64,000 bases of DNA from Balanoglossus misakiensis (Eukaryota > Animalia > Hemichordata). Positions 38,589 to 64,000 of the stretch are shown piece after piece (position 1 is the stretch's first letter; each line of letters begins with the position of its first letter). Location: contig CM082591.2 in NCBI GenBank assembly GCA_040954595.2, positions 1,773,745 through 1,837,744 of the forward strand, in the 5' to 3' direction. The position numbers and the translations under genes were made by a program. The notes under the pieces were generated by a model. That model worked only from the letters and a program-made list of their open reading frames with translations. It had not been told where the DNA came from and searched no databases.

Positions 38589-41174
38589 AATGTGTATTTT
38601 GGAAAGCTATCTTGACATTTTTGGTCTGATTATTAATCCCAGGTAAAATGGAGAAAGGTACCTGTCCACTCCTAGGAGGTTATTATGCAAGGACAACACA
38701 AATCCAGAAAACTACAACAGATTAACTTACACAAGCAATTTAATGGGTTTGCAAGTATAATAAAGACATTATACACCACATTCAGTAATCAACTCGTCTA
38801 TCTTTCAAAATGGACTTCAAAATTTTCAAACAAAAAGTTTAACAAGTCAATGATAAATTTTAATCATTTCTTACCCGAAAATAGTCGACCAACCCACTGA
38901 AAAGAAAATTGTAACAGGATTGCACCCAATGGTAGCACAGCAGGATATGGTATTCTCCACATCATGTTTGAAGAACTTGCAATCCTACACCTCCCTAGCT
39001 GCTGAATGGTTCAGTCGATTATCCTTACAACTAGGGCCATACTATTATTTTCTGAGGGCGAGCAGAATAAAAACCCACCACTTAAATTACATGACTCTTC
39101 AATAGCAACAGTACATTTTTGAATAGCGCAAGCCTGTTGTGTTGGCCATCCATAGACAAAACTTCATATTTTCCATAAAGAATCTAACTGCAAATGACTT
39201 TTCTATCAAGGCAAACAAAGCTCACCGCCACCATTTTCACAAAAGCTGAACAGCGCTAGACTCCATCTCCACACTTACACAATACACTCACCCATTTATA
39301 TGCACATTCTTTTTTTTTTGCATAAGGTAATTTTGCTTTTTTGTATAAAACGCAAGACGAAGTGTAAACTTGATTCTGTGGTATAATCATACATGTACCC
39401 CCCCCCCCACCATAAAGGTTTGACACAACCCTAACTCTATTGTTTCTAATTGTAAGATTACACAGCTATACTCATGGAATCAACAGAGGGTATAGAGCAT
39501 ATGAATTTTGGTATAAAGCTAACGGTAAGAAAATTGCTCATGCTTTTGCCTTGGTTAAATAGACCATTTTCTCAACTCCACGAGACAATGTGAGATCTCA
39601 CGTGGCTATGCAAATTATACAGGACTCATGTGACGACCGAATCTCACGAGATCTCACTTTGAGCAGAAAATCGTCTATTACAGATTGTAAAATTCTGAGA
39701 GGACAGAAGAAGACAGAATAGTTGTTGCCATGGCAACTGATGAAGACTACAATTGTGGTAATTACAGTATGAAATTAAATTCAAATGTGTACAGATATTC
39801 ATACAAAGTGGATAACTCGAGTTGAAATTTACAAATTTTGAAGAAAGTTGGATGTTTGGAAAGCACACCAGTATGGGTATGGTAAATAACATTGAGACGT
39901 TGGGTTGATCTTGAGGATTTATAAATATCTATGGAATAATTTGTTAAGTCCCAATGATTTCATGTAAAAGGTTGGACCACCATAAACTGAATTAGGGGAG
40001 AGAGATGGGGTAGGGGTGGGATAATGTAAACTTTTTAACATCTGTACAAGAGGTAACATTACCCCTTATCAATATTCCAACCATCCCTATTTTGCATTAG
40101 TATTGTACTAAATCTGAAAATGTATTTGGCAAGGTGGGTCAAACCATTTAGATATATGGGAGTGTTTAATGTGTAAATTACAAAAATTGGCAGTGCAAGG
40201 GGTACCCCATACTGGTTGCTTTCCGGAGAAAATGTAATAAAATCATTTTTGTCAGTAAATAACAGCTGGAAGCCTAGATGAGGAATTAATTTTAAAGAAT
40301 ATAGGCAGTAGAAAATAGTCAAGAAAATTACAAAAAAATTAATAAAACTTGCATTTCTATTCTAATAATTATTTACAAAGTGCATGTGGATTGGTTGCAA
40401 ACACCAGCTGTCCAATCACAGAGTCAAACACATCATACCGAATGTCTAATGTCTCAAGAGCTGTAATTGGTGCATCTTGCCTAAATCCACGACTGTGATT
40501 ATTGAATGCATATGAAAGACATTTGCTGCTCTACGCTATTGGACAGTAGCGTGCTTTTGCAGTTTGCGCAGGATATGTTACAGTTCGCTAAAAAATTTCA
40601 CTTCCGCGACACGTCACTGTAGTTTCACGGGAACACTGACATCACACAGTTATATATGACAATATATAAAACACTGTCAAATTCAAAATTTTCACACAAA
40701 AACTGTGTACTGTACACCTAGAGACTGTGTTGAATGAATGGGGAACAAACAGATTATATGATTCTGGGGTAAAAAAAATTCAACAACTGCATTCAGCCAT
40801 TAAATAGTTGATAATTAATAATAAATATGACAGATTCAAAAGTGGCCTTGTGGACTTTTTCTTTTCATTTACGGTAACTTGGGTTTACAAAGCGCATAAT
40901 TTAGTCAAAATTACCCATGATTCACTTGTATAACCAAAGGCTGTCTATGGCGCCCTCAACGGCAACTCAGTTTAATCTTCTGTTTTTCACCAGCCATATG
41001 CAGTGCTCAATATGAGCCTTCGTGTCCCAACAAGACACTGTCCACTACTCGAACAAGAGCATATTAGAGAGAAAAGATTTGGATCAAAGATCTCCGTAAT
41101 TTGCTCTTGGTGTTCTCTATTTACTAACTAACTAAGTGTACAACTACAACTGTTTTGAAACTCTTCACTGCAGC

Positions 41175-62133
<20,959 letters not shown>

Positions 62134-62923
62134 ACTATTACTTTATGTCCTATTTTGTCATTAATCTGAAATGCACAAATAAAACTGATCAGACAGTATA
62201 ACCAGCATGCCTTTGTTTACATCTTGACAGTTATAACCATTGTCTAGAGATAAAGGTGTGAATTGGTCGTATGTCAACAAACCTTTGCAATTTCATTGGG
62301 TAATGTTTCGATCAAATTAAAATAAGCAACAAGCAACTCTCTATCCGTGGTTTAATAGTGCTCATTATCTGTTGCATGAGAAAATCTCATATTGAAGTTT
62401 ATATGTGGACTTTGTACATTTCACTATTAACTGTCGACATGTGTATTTATACCAACTCGTCATTTCCAGTAAACAGATCACAATTTGTTGACGACTGAGT
62501 ACTTGAAGCATGCGAGTCGAAAAATACCTTGAAATTATGACTTGGCGAAAAATATATCATGGTTTGGCTTTGGGCGGGATTGTCTGGTAGATCAGCTGTG
62601 TTCTAACATGAATAATGAATATATTCACGGCGGACACAGCCAGATCTGTTTCAGACTGTGGCTCGTTCAGTTTGTTGTTATAAACATCATAAATGAATCC
62701 CTGCTGACTGTCAAAGTGGGCGTGACGGTCAAGGCTTTCGTATTTATTCTAATTTTCCCCACAAACGGCCGCGATCGCATCTGAAACCGTTTTATGACAG
62801 TCGACATACTGTTACATGTCCGATATCTATGTTTGTTTCTGGTCACGAATAAGCAATCAGTAGTTGACCGCGGACTGACTGCCGCAGGAAATATTTCCAT
62901 TGGACGACAACATTTCGCCTTAC

Positions 62924-63612
62924 CTGAAAAGTCCAAGACAAAACCACTCCTTACAGGTGTCGTTGATTACACTTGGCTAAGAATTTCCCTAACAATTCAA
63001 CAAATATTTTCATATAACGTGAAACCTTCCGGTCGATAACGTTCCAACGCACAGGTGACCGGAATGACTGTCGATGGGGTCGGTAGTTTTCAAAATCGAA
63101 GACAGTCATGTGACGGAAATACATGCTTCCTATTGGCGACGACCAGAAAAGTGACGTCATGGGGTGGCACTTTCGGCGGTCGTTTTATCATTCCTCCAGT
63201 AATTATGTAGCGTGAGTCATCCGTCTGGCGACGTTCTAAACGTGCATTCTGTCACTGAACTTTTCAAGAAACAACAATTATCGTCAAGATTTATTTAATT
63301 AAATAAAGGAGGTCAAGTTCTCATGAAAATCACCAACTGCGAGCGCTTGCAAGTTGCACACCATAAAAGTTTAATGTGATTACTCTTAGACTCACATTAG
63401 TTTATTTGATTTTTCAATATCACGAGAAACTTCAGCTTAGACATTAAATTATCCTTCGTACAAAATAAAACATGTTTTCATGTTGCTACAATTGACGTAA
63501 TTTTGTATGTATTTCACTTTAAAAATAAATGTATAAAGTTTATTTGCACAAAAAGGGTATTCGAAAATATGACCTAAAAAGGTAGCACTGCTTTCTGTGG
63601 CAACAGTGCAAG
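62924..63612. promoter_or_regulatory. Bidirectional promoter CKAP5 / CTR9
   Basis: Divergent genes within ~0.7 kb (CKAP5 5' UTR donor at 62923, CTR9 ATG at 63613). ATTGG at 63132, CRE TGACGTCA at 63152-63159, YY1-type CAAGATGGCGGC over the CTR9 ATG. Confidence 0.65.
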
Positions 63613-63987
63613 ATGGCGGCCACTGTTGAAATTCCGCTTAGGGACACAGACGAGGTAAAACTCACAAATATTACGATCACAGTTAACGTATTCATGTAAT
63701 TTGTATTGTAATACCATCGTTAGATATATGCGCAGCGCTAGGGGTGACTTATTCGAAAGCTGTATGTTCAGATTGCGTTATAGCCTTCTTTTCTTCGCGT
63801 GCTTGCTACACGTTTCTTTCGTTTTTGTCAACATTGTCATTGAATCTGACGTATACAATACAAACTGATACTCATCTGTTTCTCACAGGTCATTGAGTTA
63901 GATCTTGATCAGCTTCCTGAAGGGGATGAAGTACTGAACATCTTAAAGCAGGAAAATGCACCGTTACACATATGGATTACACTGGCT
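63613..63987 (+). CDS. CTR9: RNA polymerase-associated protein CTR9 (PAF1 complex), 5' partial
   Basis: Exons 63613-63654 ([14 protein letters not shown]) and 63889-63987 ([33 protein letters not shown]) match the highly conserved CTR9 N-terminus; the gene runs off the window. Confidence 0.95.
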
Positions 63988-64000
63988 GTAAGTTCAAATC

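Overview
Eukaryotic, intron-rich animal genomic DNA; gene content and intron density suggest an invertebrate deuterostome-like genome (inference). Six spliced genes can be assembled by hand. (1) A tetraspanin (+, 11483-14749) with two duplicated alternative last exons. (2) A deiodinase-like (thioredoxin-fold) selenoprotein (+, 27754-32972), which the ORF track splits at an in-frame UGA (30788-30790, motif SFSUPP); its 3' UTR contains a well-formed GUGA type II SECIS (33848-33942). (3) NOSIP (-, with a GC-AG first intron), head-to-head with (4) POLR1F/RPA43 (+). (5) CKAP5/XMAP215 (-, about 40 exons, with several candidate frame-preserving microexons, two of which look like paralogues), head-to-head with (6) the 5' end of CTR9. 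The rest is non-coding, with MITE-like inverted repeats, DNA-transposon ends and microsatellites. The most notable signal is the atypical, apparently non-membrane-anchored deiodinase-like selenoprotein with its recoding elements and a candidate alternative first exon. No prokaryotic features, CRISPR arrays, rRNAs or tRNAs were seen. All gene models were read by eye and need RNA-seq confirmation.
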